Assembly: GCA_951406725.2 (NCBI GenBank)
Contig: OX597831.1
Coordinates: 26,722,001-26,786,000, forward strand
Length of the DNA stretch: 64,000 nucleotides
From: Octopus vulgaris
Taxonomy: Eukaryota
Reading direction: 5' to 3'
The stretch's first letter is position 1, and each line of letters starts with the position of its first letter. Below are positions 39,843 to 54,544 of the stretch, piece after piece. The notes below the pieces were generated by a model that searched no databases, was not told the origin of the DNA, and saw nothing but the letters and a program-made list of their open reading frames with translations. Made by a program: the position numbers and the translations under genes.

Positions 39843-40415
39843 TCGGCGAGCTGGCAGAAACGCTAACACGCCGGGCGAAATGCGTAGCCGTATGTGGTCT
39901 GCCGTTACGTTCTGAGTCCCAGGTCGACTTTGCCTTTCATCCTTTCGGGGTCGGTTAAATAAGTACCAATTACGCACTGGGATCGATATAATCGGCTTGA
40001 TCCGTTTGTCTGTCCTTCTTTGTCCCCTCTATGTTTAGCCCCTTGTGGGTAATAAAGAAATAGGTATTTCGTCTGCCGCTACGTTCTGAGTTCAAAATTC
40101 CACCGAGGTCGACTTTGCCTTTCATCTTTTCGGGGCCGATTAAATGAGTACCAGTTATGCATTGAGGTCGATGTAATCAACTTAATCCATTTGTCTGTCC
40201 TTGTTTTCCTCTCTGTGTTTAGCCCCCTGTGGGTAGTAAAGAAAATAGGTACTTCGTCTGCCGCTACGTTCTGAGTTCAAATTCCGCTGAGGTTGACTTT
40301 ACTTTTTATCCTTTCGGGGTCGATAAATTAAGTACCAGTTGCGTACTGGGGCTGATCTAATCGACAGGTCCCTTTCCGCCAAAATTTCGGGGCTTGTGCC
40401 TAGAGTAGAAAAGAA
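39843..40415 (+). mobile_element. Head-to-tail array of three family A SINE bodies
   Basis: Units 39843-40041, 40042-40247 and 40248-40415. Units 2 and 3 restart at ggta(t/c)ttcgtctgccgctacg, and the last has the second tail type. Confidence 0.85.
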
Positions 40416-40652
40416 TACACTCTAGATTTCTCGAAATTCTTCTCTCGGTGTTTGTATTTCGTTATCATAGACGAGGAATTACCTTGGATGTTGATTCTAT
40501 TTGAATTTATTGGTATTTGATTGTTTGATGCAGTTAACCAAGTTCGCTTAAGACTGGGTGGTTTTTAGCTACCTGCTTGGATTTATTAACACCTTTTCCT
40601 CTCTCATATATGAATATATACAGTTACGTATGTATATGGATTTCAATATTTG

Positions 40653-40731
<79 letters not shown>

Positions 40732-40814
40732 AATAATAAGGCACTATAAGAGAACGACTCTCCCCAGACACAACAATATATATATTTGTATATAATCACA
40801 CACACACACACGCT

Positions 40815-40935
<121 letters not shown>

Positions 40936-40958
40936 GTAGATAGATAGATGGATAGATG

Positions 40959-41113
<155 letters not shown>

Positions 41114-41768
41114 GGATGGATGGATGGATGGATGGATAAGATAGATAAATAGATATGTATACTATATACACACGCGTAATATATGTATGTGTGTGTGTGT
41201 ATGGTGTGCGTATAGTACATACACACATGTATGTTGTGTATACACGTATCTGTTTTGTGTGTGAACGCATATAACGCCATCTCCCAATGACACACTGTCT
41301 TCGATCTAATAACAACAGCACCACCAACCCCGTCGCCATACAACACTACAGTTATTTCTGAATCTCATTCATGATTTCCCTCGGTTACCTCCCCTCCTCA
41401 CACAACATCCCACACAGCCGTACTACATACAATATTTCTCAATCAACAGCTACAATGCAGGCATCAGCCGTACTCCTACCTCCATTCACCCCGTCTCCTC
41501 CTCCTACTTCTACTATCAATTCATTCATACATTGCATGTTCACACAGCGCGATTACATACATGAAGAGTTGTATGTACGCATGCATGCATGTATGTATGT
41601 ATGTACGCATGCATGCATGTATGTATGTATGTATGTATGCGTGTGTGTGTTGGTCTATTTGTGTTTGACATGTGTGTATTTGTGTGTGCGTACAATATAC
41701 ATTCATATATACGTATGCATGTGCATGTTCATATGTATATCTACTTATCTATCTATCTATCTATTTAT

Positions 41769-41963
<195 letters not shown>

Positions 41964-42043
41964 TACACACGCACACACTCTCACACAATAAAAGAAGCAT
42001 GAATACATACAAATATATATGCGTACATATACGTACTTACATA

Positions 42044-42105
<62 letters not shown>

Positions 42106-42744
42106 TACACACACATATACACACCTACATACGTTCTAACAGAGTTCCACAATCGATCATTCTACGGTTGAGACAACTACAGAACGTCCCACATACATAT
42201 GTGTACGTGTCTACCTATACGTGTATGTGTGCATGTATATATGAGTCTGTGTGTATGTGTGTGCGTGTGCCTGTCTGTCACTGTGTGTCTATATGTGCCT
42301 GTGTGTGTGTATGTATGTGTATATACACCAACCACCAAACTTTGCAGTTTTATCTGTTCAATATGAAAATATCAATCATTAACTGACTTTGGTTCTTCTG
42401 TACTCCATGCATCAAATTAACATTTTATTTTTCTTCTTTGTAATCAATTAGAAATCATCAATTTTTAATAATTGATATTGTTGAGTGATTAGCCGTCGTC
42501 TAACGGTTGAGGAAACCGACAAAACCGGTTCCCGCGATTTTGGAGTAGTTTTTCGGACAAACGGGTCAGACGGACCCGGTGGTACAGATTATATTGTTAG
42601 CACTCAACTTTAGGAATGGAAAACATACATATATACATAAACATATTTACGTGTGTGAGTGTGTGTATATGTATGTATATATGTTAATATGCACATACAC
42701 ACACACCCATATACACAGAGAGATGCATGTATATATATATATAC

Positions 42745-43132
42745 TCTTACTCTTTTACTTGTTTCAGTCATTTGCCTGCGGCCATGCTGGAGCACCGCCT
42801 TTAGTCGAGCAAATCGACCCCGGGACTTATTCTTTGCAAGCCCAATACTTATTCTATCGGTCTCTTTTGCCGAACCGCTTGCTGACGGGGACGTAAACAC
42901 ACCAGCATCGGTTGTCAAGCAATGCTAGGAGGACAAACACAGACACACAAACATATACACACACATACATATATATATTCGACAGGCTTCTTTCGGTTTC
43001 TGTCTACCAAATCCACTCACAAGGCATTGGTCGGCCCGGGGTTATAGCAGAAGACACTTGCCCAAGATGCCACGCAGTGGGACTGAACCCGGAACCATGT
43101 GGTTGGTAAGCAGGCTACTTACCACACAGCCA
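42745..43132 (-). mobile_element. Family B SINE, near full length
   Basis: Reverse complement of family B. Other copies at 32990-33175, 33565-33810 (-), 46330-46670 (-), 51905-52305 (-) and 53835-54200. Confidence 0.9.
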
Positions 43133-43137
43133 TACAC

Positions 43138-43357
43138 ACGAGGTGCTGCTGAAAAGTTCCTTGCTTTGGATAAAAGAAAATGGAGGAGGATCAGTTAATT
43201 GTGATTTTATTCAATGTATTCCGCTCTCAGATTCACACAGTTATAGCCGTGGTCCTTCGGTTTTTCTAAGCTATGTGAAAGGACTCGGACGGTTGGGCCT
43301 CCAACCAGGCCTTTCGTGACACCCTTAAAGCCAGGAACTTTTCAGCACCCCCTCGTA
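43138..43357. mobile_element. Mariner-type MITE, about 220 bp
   Basis: TIRs acgaggtgctgctgaaaagttccttgcttt / aaagccaggaacttttcagcaccccctcgta; TA at the right end. Confidence 0.8.
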
Positions 43358-43568
43358 TACATACATCCATCCATACATACATACATACATACATACATAC
43401 ATACATACATACATACATACATACATACATACATACATCTGACTGCAAGTGTACGTTGCTGTATTTTTTCTCGACATATTCATACACATCATACACACAC
43501 ACTCACACACACTCACCCACAAACACCACACACCACAGATGCGCCCACATACACACACACAAGCACTC

Positions 43569-43594
<26 letters not shown>

Positions 43595-43599
<5 letters not shown>

Positions 43600-43800
43600 T
43601 AATTCAAACATGAAAGCACAAAAAAAACACAACGCGAGGACGTGGAACAAATATAGTATTATTGGACACTCAGGAAAGAAGGTAAGAAGGAGGGTTTAAC
43701 GTTTCGAGCGGAGCTCTTCGTCGGAAACATAGGAGAAGGAAAGATCCAGAGAAGGGAAGACAGAGGAAAATAAATCGCCAACGGTACACACGCGGTCACA
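43595..43800 (-). mobile_element. Family E element in (TA)n; motif at 43694-43728
   Basis: Minus strand gttt CCGACGA a GAGC tcc GCTC GAAA cg TT aaac. Confidence 0.8.
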
Positions 43801-43807
43801 ATGTATG

Positions 43808-43849
<42 letters not shown>

Positions 43850-45225
43850 TGAACCTACACCGCAACACAATAAGAGGTCCCCAGGGGGAATTCTTGGATC
43901 CTCAGAACTTTCTCATCCAAAAATCCAAATACTGCTATTCTTCTTGCCTCTGTTACTCCCTGTAATCTTCGATGGGCTTAGACCATCACATCACTTCTTA
44001 AAACATCCTTGTGTATTTTTAACGTAGTTCACTCTGTGGTAACCATTCGAGCAAGGTTTCCAGTTTCAGGAGACCCTCCTCCCTACGAACCATCCTTAGA
44101 GGTCCCATAAAGGGCGCCGTTTTTCTTAAAACAACAGCAACAACATTAGAATAGATGGGACGCACAGGGGTAATTACACATAATCCTTTCTACTAAAGGC
44201 ACAAGGCCTCGAATTTCGGGAGAAGGGACTTGTCAATTACATAAACCCCAGTGATTCACTTACTTATGTCATCGACCCCAAAAAGGTAAAAGGCAAAGGC
44301 GACCTCGGTGGAACTTGAACTCAAGATGTAAAGACGGAAGAAATGTCTCTAAGCATTTTGTCCGACGTTCTAATGACTCTGCCAGTTCGCCACCTCGGAA
44401 CAATTACTCATAGAAATAAGAGCTTGATAGGCCTTACTATGGACTCTCACACTGTATATTCTTCGATGTCATTCGTACAATGTAGACAAAATAATCTTCA
44501 GTGTTGTCCAAACGTGGTTGAAGCATCAAATTGTAAAAACCACCCAAGACTGGGACCACCATACCATTGGCGCCTTACAATAATAAAAAAAAAACTCTAA
44601 TATAACTACATAACGATACAACTAGTTTTTACCTCAACCGACCATACTCTGTACAAAGCTGTCCTGGAAGAAATCGAGGAAGAAAAATATCTTATAACTT
44701 TCGAACGGTAGCGGACAAATTCTTTCAAGAAAAACACCCGGTAAAGCACCGATGCCGAGTATATTACAAACAACAAAACCTTCCGACACCTGTAAGCTTT
44801 GGTAGCTCAAAATATCACTTAAAAGACTTCAATAGTTAGTGCTATTTGGGATAGGCATGGCCTAGGGTCCTGTTGGCCGAAACCTATCAAGTATGTATGT
44901 TTTCCATTGTACGTATGGACCTGCGCGCGTGTATGTGTGTGTGTGTATATATGTATATATACATATATATACTCATATACATATATAAATAAATAAATAT
45001 ATATATTCATACATATACATGCACACACACATACACATACATACGTATATACATATATATATTAATACGCATATACAGACACACCCACATTCATATACAA
45101 AATGTGTATATACACACAGGCATATATATATATGTGTGTGTAGGTAGGAGAATTGGTAGGTAGGTGGTATCTGGGTATCTGTCTATCTATCTATCTATTT
45201 ATCTATCTATCTATCTCTACATCTC

Positions 45226-45280
<55 letters not shown>

Positions 45281-45702
45281 TATATATATATATATATATA
45301 TGCTTCATCTGATTTTTCTATGTTAATATCCCCTACCCCCTCTCTCACTCCCCAATCATCTCGCTCCCTCCCTCCCTCCATCTCTCCCTCTACTTAGGAC
45401 CAGTGCGTGGGCCACATTATCTCTCAACATATATTGATTCATTCTTTGTCACAAGATTTTGGAATTATCATAAACCTCAACTTGTCTGGTGGGGGATGGC
45501 ATAAATGCGATTTTCTGGCACTCCAAAAAAAAGTTATACCCGTGTATGTGATCATAATACAAGCGTGGATAGAAACCGGAACCAAGAAATTCACATCGGC
45601 ACCGGAGCCCACTCTCTATATATTTCACCTGTAGCGTGTCTATATTATTGAATACATATTATACATACATTCCATTTTCTTTTATATCTATCTATCTGTC
45701 TG

Positions 45703-45768
<66 letters not shown>

Positions 45769-45782
45769 GCTCGATCTATCTG

Positions 45783-45820
<38 letters not shown>

Positions 45821-45933
45821 AATCTACCTATCTATTTATCTACCTATATCTGTCTGTCTATGTATGTGTGTATGTGTGTGTATGCGTATAGATCATACAC
45901 ACACACCACATATATATACAAACATGTATATAA

Positions 45934-45978
<45 letters not shown>

Positions 45979-46012
45979 TATACATACAGATACATATATA
46001 TACTTATATTAT

Positions 46013-46060
<48 letters not shown>

Positions 46061-46668
46061 ATATATGTTTGATGGAAGAAAAGTTTAAATACAACTTGAT
46101 GCATGAGTATATAAACTATATTAGTTTTAATCGGCAAAAGGTACAAAGTGACACAACGGGCGAATGTTTCGTGCAATACCACTTGCTTGTACGCGTGTAT
46201 AATACATACTTGTAACTTCCATGTACAGAACCCTCGGTCCACCGGGCCACTTTCGAACTTTAGTCGATTAAAAATAATAAAAATGGATAGAAAATGATTA
46301 TAGAAGTAATGTATACCTAAATACATATATTCTTTTTTATCTTCTACTTGCTTTCACTCATTTGACTACGGCCATGCTGGGAGAGAATTTTTAGTCTTGG
46401 AGAATTTTTAGTGAAATGAATCGACCTCAGTAATTTTGTCTTTGCTTGTTTATTAGCATCGAACCGCTAAGTTATTAGGACGTAAACAATCCGACACCGT
46501 TTGGCAAGCGATGGTGTGGTACAAACACAGGGCATCAAATCCACTCACAAGGCATTGGTCGGGCGTAGGTAGGTTATCGTAGAAGACAGATGACCAAAGT
46601 GGCACGCAGTGGGACTGAACCCAGGACCATGTAACTGGGAAGTAAACTTCTTTCCACACATCCACGCC

Positions 46669-46765
<97 letters not shown>

Positions 46766-47062
46766 TAAATAAATATATAATTAAAAAAGTTTTAAAAATA
46801 AATAAAAATAATAATAAATAAAAATAATAATAAAATTAAATATAATAATATATATATATATATGTATATATAAATTTATAAGTATAAATTAATATTTAAA
46901 AAATTATTTAAAATTTAACTTTAAATTTTATTAATTTAAATTTTGAATTTTATATTTTATATATTTTGTGTATTATATTAATTAATTTTATTTCTATGTT
47001 TTGGTTTATGTTTTTCACAGTTTGATTTGCCTAATAGTGGTTTTATCTCTAATTTAATATAA

Positions 47063-47102
<40 letters not shown>

Positions 47103-47409
47103 ATGTATATATGAAAGTATCTTACTCCCACGAGATTCTCTGTTGGTGGTTGGGGGAACACCGTTCTAATAGACTCTTATTATAAAAAAATTAGATCCAC
47201 TTCGACTTCCAGGTTTCACCTGATGGCTTACTCAAGCTGAATAAACCGTTCGGTTTATGCAAGCAGAATAACGCATTGTACAAAACTAATTTTAGAATTG
47301 ATACGTCCATTACAATGGGTCCGTCTGTCTACCTTCGTATCTATCTTTCTATCTATTTATTTATCTATCTATCTTTTTTCTATCTGTCTGTCTGTCCCTC
47401 CATCCATCC

Positions 47410-47505
<96 letters not shown>

Positions 47506-47575
47506 GTCTGCCTATCTGTCTATTTATCTGTCTGTCTATCTGTCTATCTATCTATCTATTTATCTAAATATATAA

Positions 47576-47610
<35 letters not shown>

Positions 47611-47823
47611 CATATATATATGTATGCGTATATATATATGTATATATATGTATATATATGTATGTATGTATATAGTTACTACAATTTTCGTGTCAATAAA
47701 GGACTCAATACATATGGTGTGTGCATTTTTCAAGCAATGTCGGACGTATGACGAAATGTCTATATCGAAATAGGTTATTGCGTACTTGTAATGTTATACT
47801 CTATCTATGTATAATTGTTCGTT

Positions 47824-47889
<66 letters not shown>

Positions 47890-48066
47890 ATGTATATAGA
47901 TTTGTATATAAAGGGAAAGAACGAGCGGTGAATAAATGTACCAGTACATACATACATGTGTGTGTATATATATATCTATAAAAACATATGTGTGTGTGTG
48001 TGTGTATACATTCAATATATATATGTAGACATTATATATATATATATATATATACCCATTATATAC

Positions 48067-48097
<31 letters not shown>

Positions 48098-48102
48098 TAT
48101 TC

Positions 48103-48148
<46 letters not shown>

Positions 48149-48157
48149 TATATACTC

Positions 48158-48231
<74 letters not shown>

Positions 48232-48730
48232 GTGTGTGTGTAATCCATATACACACCTTTACACAATATATCACAAATGTACACACATATCCACACACAA
48301 TATTGCCAGACAAATATTCAGATTAACACACATATCCACACCGAGGACATACAGACAGACACAATCATATCCACACAAACACTCACACACACACACATAC
48401 ACGGCAACCGTTCCACCACGACCACCACGGCACCATACCGATGACCTTGTACCACTAACGGTTGGCAGTGTTTTAACTCCCACACTTCTGTTCTCAGAAC
48501 GGCTGCACCAGTGCGCATGCGCACCCACCTGCGCATCTCTACGCACATACACACGCGGAGACACAAACGCATCAGTAGATGAGTGTTTTGAACGTGTATA
48601 CACACATAGATACGCACATTATAATGGACGGACACGCAAAAACACACACACATTTATGAAACACCAAATCACTCGCTAACAGAACACGAATATACATACA
48701 TTCACACACATACACACAAACACGCATAGA

Positions 48731-49112
48731 CGTATCCTACAAAAATATTAATATTCTTATAGAAACACACACACATATACAGATATAGTCACACACATAT
48801 CCTATGAAAAATATATTCTTTGAGATGCATACACACACCCTTCTTAAACACATAACTATACTTAGGCACATACTCACACACATACACACAAACATACATA
48901 CACGTATCCTACAAAAATATTAATATTCTTATAGAGACACACATACACACAAACACACACACAGACACAAACACACTCAGACGTAAAACACACACAGACA
49001 CAAACACACACATATAGACAGATATAGTCACACACATACCCTATGAAAAATATGTTCTTAGAGACGCATACACACACCCTGCTTAAACACATAACTATAC
49101 TTAGGCACATAC
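48731..49112. repeat. Local tandem duplication in a CA-rich tract
   Basis: cgtatcctacaaaaatattaatattcttatag..cttaaacacataactatacttaggcacatac occurs twice. Confidence 0.75.
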
Positions 49113-49581
49113 ACACATACATACACACACAAACACGTTTACCGTCATACACACTCACAGACACATACTGGCAAAGATACAAAACATGCATACATACTTA
49201 TAGACATAGACACACACACACACACACATCACATACACACATGTACACAGACATACTGTCTGACAGATACACACATACACACTTTAGACAGACATACAAA
49301 CACGAACTCACCGACACATACACTCACTCTTACACTACATACCCACAAACATACACACACACACACACACGCACATACACTCACACATACTTATATACAG
49401 ACATATACACATAAATATGTACACAGGGTCATACGTGCACTTACACACAGGCTCATACGCACATACACATAGACACACACACACACAAGTACGCACACAT
49501 ATACTCATATATAGACACGTATTTACTCCTACATATTACTCAGGAGTATACATTATACATATACAGAGACCAACAGAACAG

Positions 49582-49659
<78 letters not shown>

Positions 49660-49719
49660 AGAAACATACACGTACATGATTAAAAATACAGTTTGTTGAG
49701 GTTAAGAACATACACATAT

Positions 49720-51494
49720 ATATTTCTTTACTGCCCACAAGGGGCTAAACACAGAGGGGACAAACAAGGACAGACAAACGGATTAAGTCGATTACATCGA
49801 TCCCAGTGCGTAACTGGTACTTAATTTATCGACCCCGAAAGGATGAAAGGCAAAGTCGACCTCGACGGAATTTGATCTCAGAACGTAACGGCAGACGAAA
49901 TACGGCTACGCATTTCCCCCGGCGTGCAGGAGTGGCTGTGTGGTAAGTAGGTTGCTTACCAACCACATGGTTTCCGAGTTCAGTCCCACTACGTGACACC
50001 TTGGGCAAGTGTGTTCAGTCCCACTGCGTGGCACCTTGGGCAAGTGTCTTCTACTAAAGCCTCGGGTCGACCAAAGCCTTGTGAGTGGATTTGGTAGACG
50101 GAAACTGAAAGAAGCACGTCGTATATATATGTATATGAATATATATGTGTGTTTGTATGTCTATGTTTGTTCCCCCAACATCGCTTGACAACCGATGCTG
50201 GTGTGTTTACGTCCCCGTAACTTAGCGTTTCGGCAAAAGACACCGATAGAATAAGTACTAGGCTTACAAAGAATAAGTCCTGGGGTCGATTTGTTCGACT
50301 AAAAGCGGTGCTCCAGTATGGCCGCAGTTAAATGACTGAAACAAGTAAAAGAGTATACCTATAACTAAATAACAAAGGGATGGCCTCCCTTTGCAAATAC
50401 TCCAAGGACACTGATATTGTGTCTAAAGCCAGCTAGAGACGAAGATCTCTTGGGGTTAGAAAGCTACAGTAACACCCCCTCCCCAATGTGGTTAGCCATG
50501 ATAAGATAAATATCAAATTTATATACACTAACACACACAAGTCACGGAGGGAACTCTTCGTGGTCGTGTTTTTGTATGTTTTGCTTTTGTTTTTTAGAAA
50601 TAGTAGTCAGTAGTCACTCAAATGAAATTCTACGGCCTTTGAAAAGTGAAGGCTGTACGATTTTCTCAAGTGCCAACTATCTAAACTGATGGGATATCCC
50701 AGGTTGGAACGGGTTTGATCATTTGGCGTATATAGATCAACATACGCGTAGGAGTTGCTGTGTGTGGTAAGTAGCTTGCTTACCAACCACATGGTTCCGG
50801 GTTCAGTCCCACTGCGTGGCACCTTGAGCAAGTGTCTTCTGCTATAGCCTCGGGCCGACCAAAGTCTTGTGAGTGGATTTGGTAGACGGAAACTGAATGT
50901 GCGTAGATATATATATATGTATGTGTGTGTGTGTGTGTCTGTGTTCCCCCCCCCCCGACCAACATCGCTTGACAACCGATGCTGGTGTGTTTACGTCCCT
51001 GTAACTTAGCGGTTCGGCGAAAGAGACCTATAGAATAAGTGCTAGGCTTACAAAGAATAAATCCTGGGGTCGATTTGATCGACTAAAAGCGGTGCTACAG
51101 TTTATATTTCTTTACTGTCCACAAGGGGGTTAAACATAGAGGGGACAAATAAGGACAGACAAAGGGATTAAGTCGATTACATCGAACCCAATGCGAAACT
51201 GGTACTTTATTTATCGACCCCGAAAGGATGAAAGGCAAAGTCGACCTCGGCGGAATTTGAACTCAAAACGTAGCTCTCCAGCATGGCCACAATCAATATG
51301 ACTGAAACAAGTATATGAGTAAAGAGTATACAGACAGGAATGAGTGAGAAGAGAGAGAGGGGGAGACAGACCGAAGGGAAATAGACACCCGCAAATAACA
51401 CTAGTATACACATTACAAAGACGCGTATGTATTTATATGTGTGTATGCATGAGTATGTGTGTGTGTGTATGCGCGCATGTGTGTGTATACATGC

Positions 51495-51544
<50 letters not shown>

Positions 51545-51815
51545 GACGGAAACTGAAAGAAGCCCGTTGTATATATATGTATATGTATATATATGTGTGT
51601 GTGTGTGTTTGTATGTCTATGTTTGTCCTTCCAACATCGCTTGACAACCGATGCTGGTCTATTTACGTCCCCGTCACTTAGCGGTTCGGCAAAAGACACC
51701 GATAGAATAAGTACTAGGCTTACAAAGAATAAGTCCTGGGGTCAATTTGTTTGACCAAAGGCGGTGCTCCAGCATGGCCGCAGTCAAATGACTGAAGCAA
51801 GTAAAAGAGTATACC
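49720..51815. mobile_element. SINE cluster: family A (-) 49720-49924 and 51105-51272; family B (+) 49925-50353, 50745-51325 and 51540-51811
   Basis: Direct matches to the family consensus seen elsewhere in the window. The family A copy at 51105 splits the ggcggtgct|ccagcatggcc motif of family B. Confidence 0.85.
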
Positions 51816-52430
51816 TATAACTAAACATCAAATATATATACACTAACACACACAAGCCACTGAGGGAAACTCTCCGCGTTTTTGTATCTTTTTTTTTTGT
51901 TTATACATACATATTTTATCTGTTATCTTTTACTTGTTTCAGTCATTAGACTCGGGCCATGCTGGAGCACCGCCTTGCGGAATTTTAGTCGAATAAATCG
52001 ACCCCACTATTCTTTCTTTATTTTTTTGTGCCTGATATTTATTCTATCGGTTTCTTTTGCCGAATCGCTATATTACGCGGGCGTAAACACACCAACACCG
52101 GTTACAAGCGGTAGTGGGGAACAACTACTTACACAAAAGCACACACATACAAATATACATATATAATTCTAAACGAGGTCTGTCTGCCAAATCCACCCAC
52201 AAAGCTTTGGTCAGCCCGAAGTTATAATAGAAGACACATGACCATGGTATCACGCAGTAGGACCGAACACGGGACCATGTGGTTGGGAAGCAAGCTTCTT
52301 AACTCATGTATGACTAGACAATCATATACATACATATGTATATATAAAAAAGAAAACAAAAACTGGAACATAACAAACGACAACAAAACAAAAAAGGACA
52401 GGGAAAAAAACAAGGACGGGTCATTCAGAG

Positions 52431-52550
52431 CTTCCTATCCTCAGTCGAGTTCCAGATCGTCTTTGCAGTTTCGGCCGGTTACACTCGAGACTTCTCCAAT
52501 CTGGTTGACCCCAAGAAAATCTAAACTAAGAGCACTAGACTCGTTGGAAG
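52431..52550 (-). ncRNA. Second candidate non-circularly permuted hammerhead, inside an element at about 52330-52660
   Basis: Minus strand: GGTC aa CCAGATT gga GAAG TC TCGAGT gtaacc GGCC GAAA CTGC aaagac GATCTGG a ACTCGA CTGAGGA; same order and helices as 11804-11913. Confidence 0.6.
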
Positions 52551-52671
52551 AAAGCAAGCGAATATATACGAAAACAAGGACAAAAAAGAAAAACAGAGAA
52601 ATGGTACACAATCACAAATACAAACAACAGGTGTCTTTCGACTAAGGACGAATTACATATATACACATATA

Positions 52672-52706
<35 letters not shown>

Positions 52707-52708
<2 letters not shown>

Positions 52709-52835
52709 TCTCTAGTTTCAGCTCAGAGCTACGGCCATGCTGATGCACCGCCGTTTAAAAGTCAAAGGCTGCCCTTGGGATGTGAACCCACATCTCTTTT
52801 ATGCATGACTGATGTTCTACCATTGGACCAAGTGT
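52707..52835 (-). mobile_element. Mini-SINE: tRNA-like head joined directly to a family-B-like tail
   Basis: Minus strand tggtccaatggtagaacatcagtcatgc..gtgggttcacatccc, then ggcggtgcatcagcatggcc..gctgaaactagagag. Confidence 0.55.
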
Positions 52836-52869
52836 ATGTGAGTGTGTGTGTACGTAGATAAAAGTTTAA

Positions 52870-53290
52870 GTCTGAAACAATGCGAAATGGAATACAAAAC
52901 TGAACTACAAGAGTGAACAATAAAACAGTAGTTGAAGTTGTAATTTGGAACTACAAGAGTGAACAATAAAACAGTAGTTGAAGTTGTAATTTGTATTTCG
53001 ATATTTCGTTGTTAGGACTACTTCTTCAGGACATGTGGAACAATGGGAGATAGAACAACGCTGTTATTGTTGCTCAATATGCCGGGGAAGGTAGTGATGT
53101 GCACAAACTGGTGTTATAATGGCCAGTCTGCTTCACGTAGCTCCTTTCAGTCGTTTAATGCTGCTTCATGCTTTATAATTAAGATTGCCTCTTTGATTCG
53201 AAGGTTCCCTGTTTTACGTTTCATGGTCCCGCTAGATATCACAAAACCCCGGGTATGGCACTTCTATAGATATTTATGAATAGAAGTACT
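52870..53290 (-). pseudogene. Penelope-like element 3' end: GIY-YIG C-terminus plus degenerate hammerhead
   Basis: LRIKEAILIIKHEAALN on the minus strand, followed by gtc CTGAAGA a gtagt..acaac GAAA at about 53000-53035; 45-bp tandem duplication at 52902-52992. Confidence 0.55.
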
Positions 53291-53979
53291 TGTGCGTACG
53301 TACCAACATATAGAAACAAATGAACAAAGAAAAAGTACCTGATATTTTAATCTTTGTATAATGTACACGTTTTTCTGTAAGCCGATTGTCCTATTCTGTA
53401 ATGCCATCGATTCAACTCCTCAGCATTATTACCAAAAATGCAACATAAAAGAAAAGTGCATGCCTTTATATACATGACAGTACCACCATGCTCTTTTAAT
53501 AAAACAGACGACGAAGGAAGCGAGTGTGATGAAGTGGAGACTGGAAGCCTCTCAAGCCACAAGCGCCCTCAACACACACTCCGGTAGATTCTTTCGGCGG
53601 CCGTCTGTTGGATGCAAACCTACATTGTAAGGATTTTTAAACCAATATTTACACGCCATTATTTATATTTTTATCTACTTTGAGTTCCAACGTTAGAAAT
53701 GCTTTTTTTTTACCTTATTACATGTCTCACGAGGTTTCTAAATTTTTATGATGTAAACATCTATCTATCCATTGAGCTCTCTCTCTTTCTCTCCTTCTCT
53801 CTCCACCCCTCTCTCTCTCTCTCTCTTTCTCTCTGGGTTGTGTGGTAAGAAACTTGCTTCCCAACCACAAGCGTCAGTCCCACTGCATGGCACCTTGGGC
53901 AAGTGTCTTCTACTATAAACTTGGGCCGACCAAAGTCTTGTGAGTGGATTCGGTAGACGGAAACTGAAAGAAGCCCATC

Positions 53980-54039
<60 letters not shown>

Positions 54040-54482
54040 ATATGTGTGTGTATGTACATATCTGCCTATATCTGTATATATATATGTATTTGCGTATCTG
54101 TGTTTGTCCGCCACCATCGCTTGACAACCGACGTTGCTGTGTTTACATTTACACCCCCGTAACTTAGCGGCTCAGCACAAGACTCCGATAGAATAAGTAC
54201 TTGTATACTATAGCGACCTTTTAATTTTTTTTACTTAATGCAAAAGACATAACTTCATTTAACTTGGGCGATTTCTGCCATAAATTTCATTACGTTTTAT
54301 ATAAGCAGCCGTAAACCGGATGTGACATTTTTAGGCTTCCAATATATGGCAATGTGTTCATGCTATACTATTTCTTTCAGTTATTTCTGATGATCGCTTC
54401 TCCACTTCTGGTATGAAACCAACTGGCAATTTGGCTATTATAAGACTATACGAGTATAGTTGTATTGAATGTATTATTATTA

Positions 54483-54544
<62 letters not shown>

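Noticed and set aside
46760-47070. Extremely AT-rich scrambled tract (also 63180-63290)
   Set aside because: Looks like low-quality consensus across (TA)n rather than a biological feature.
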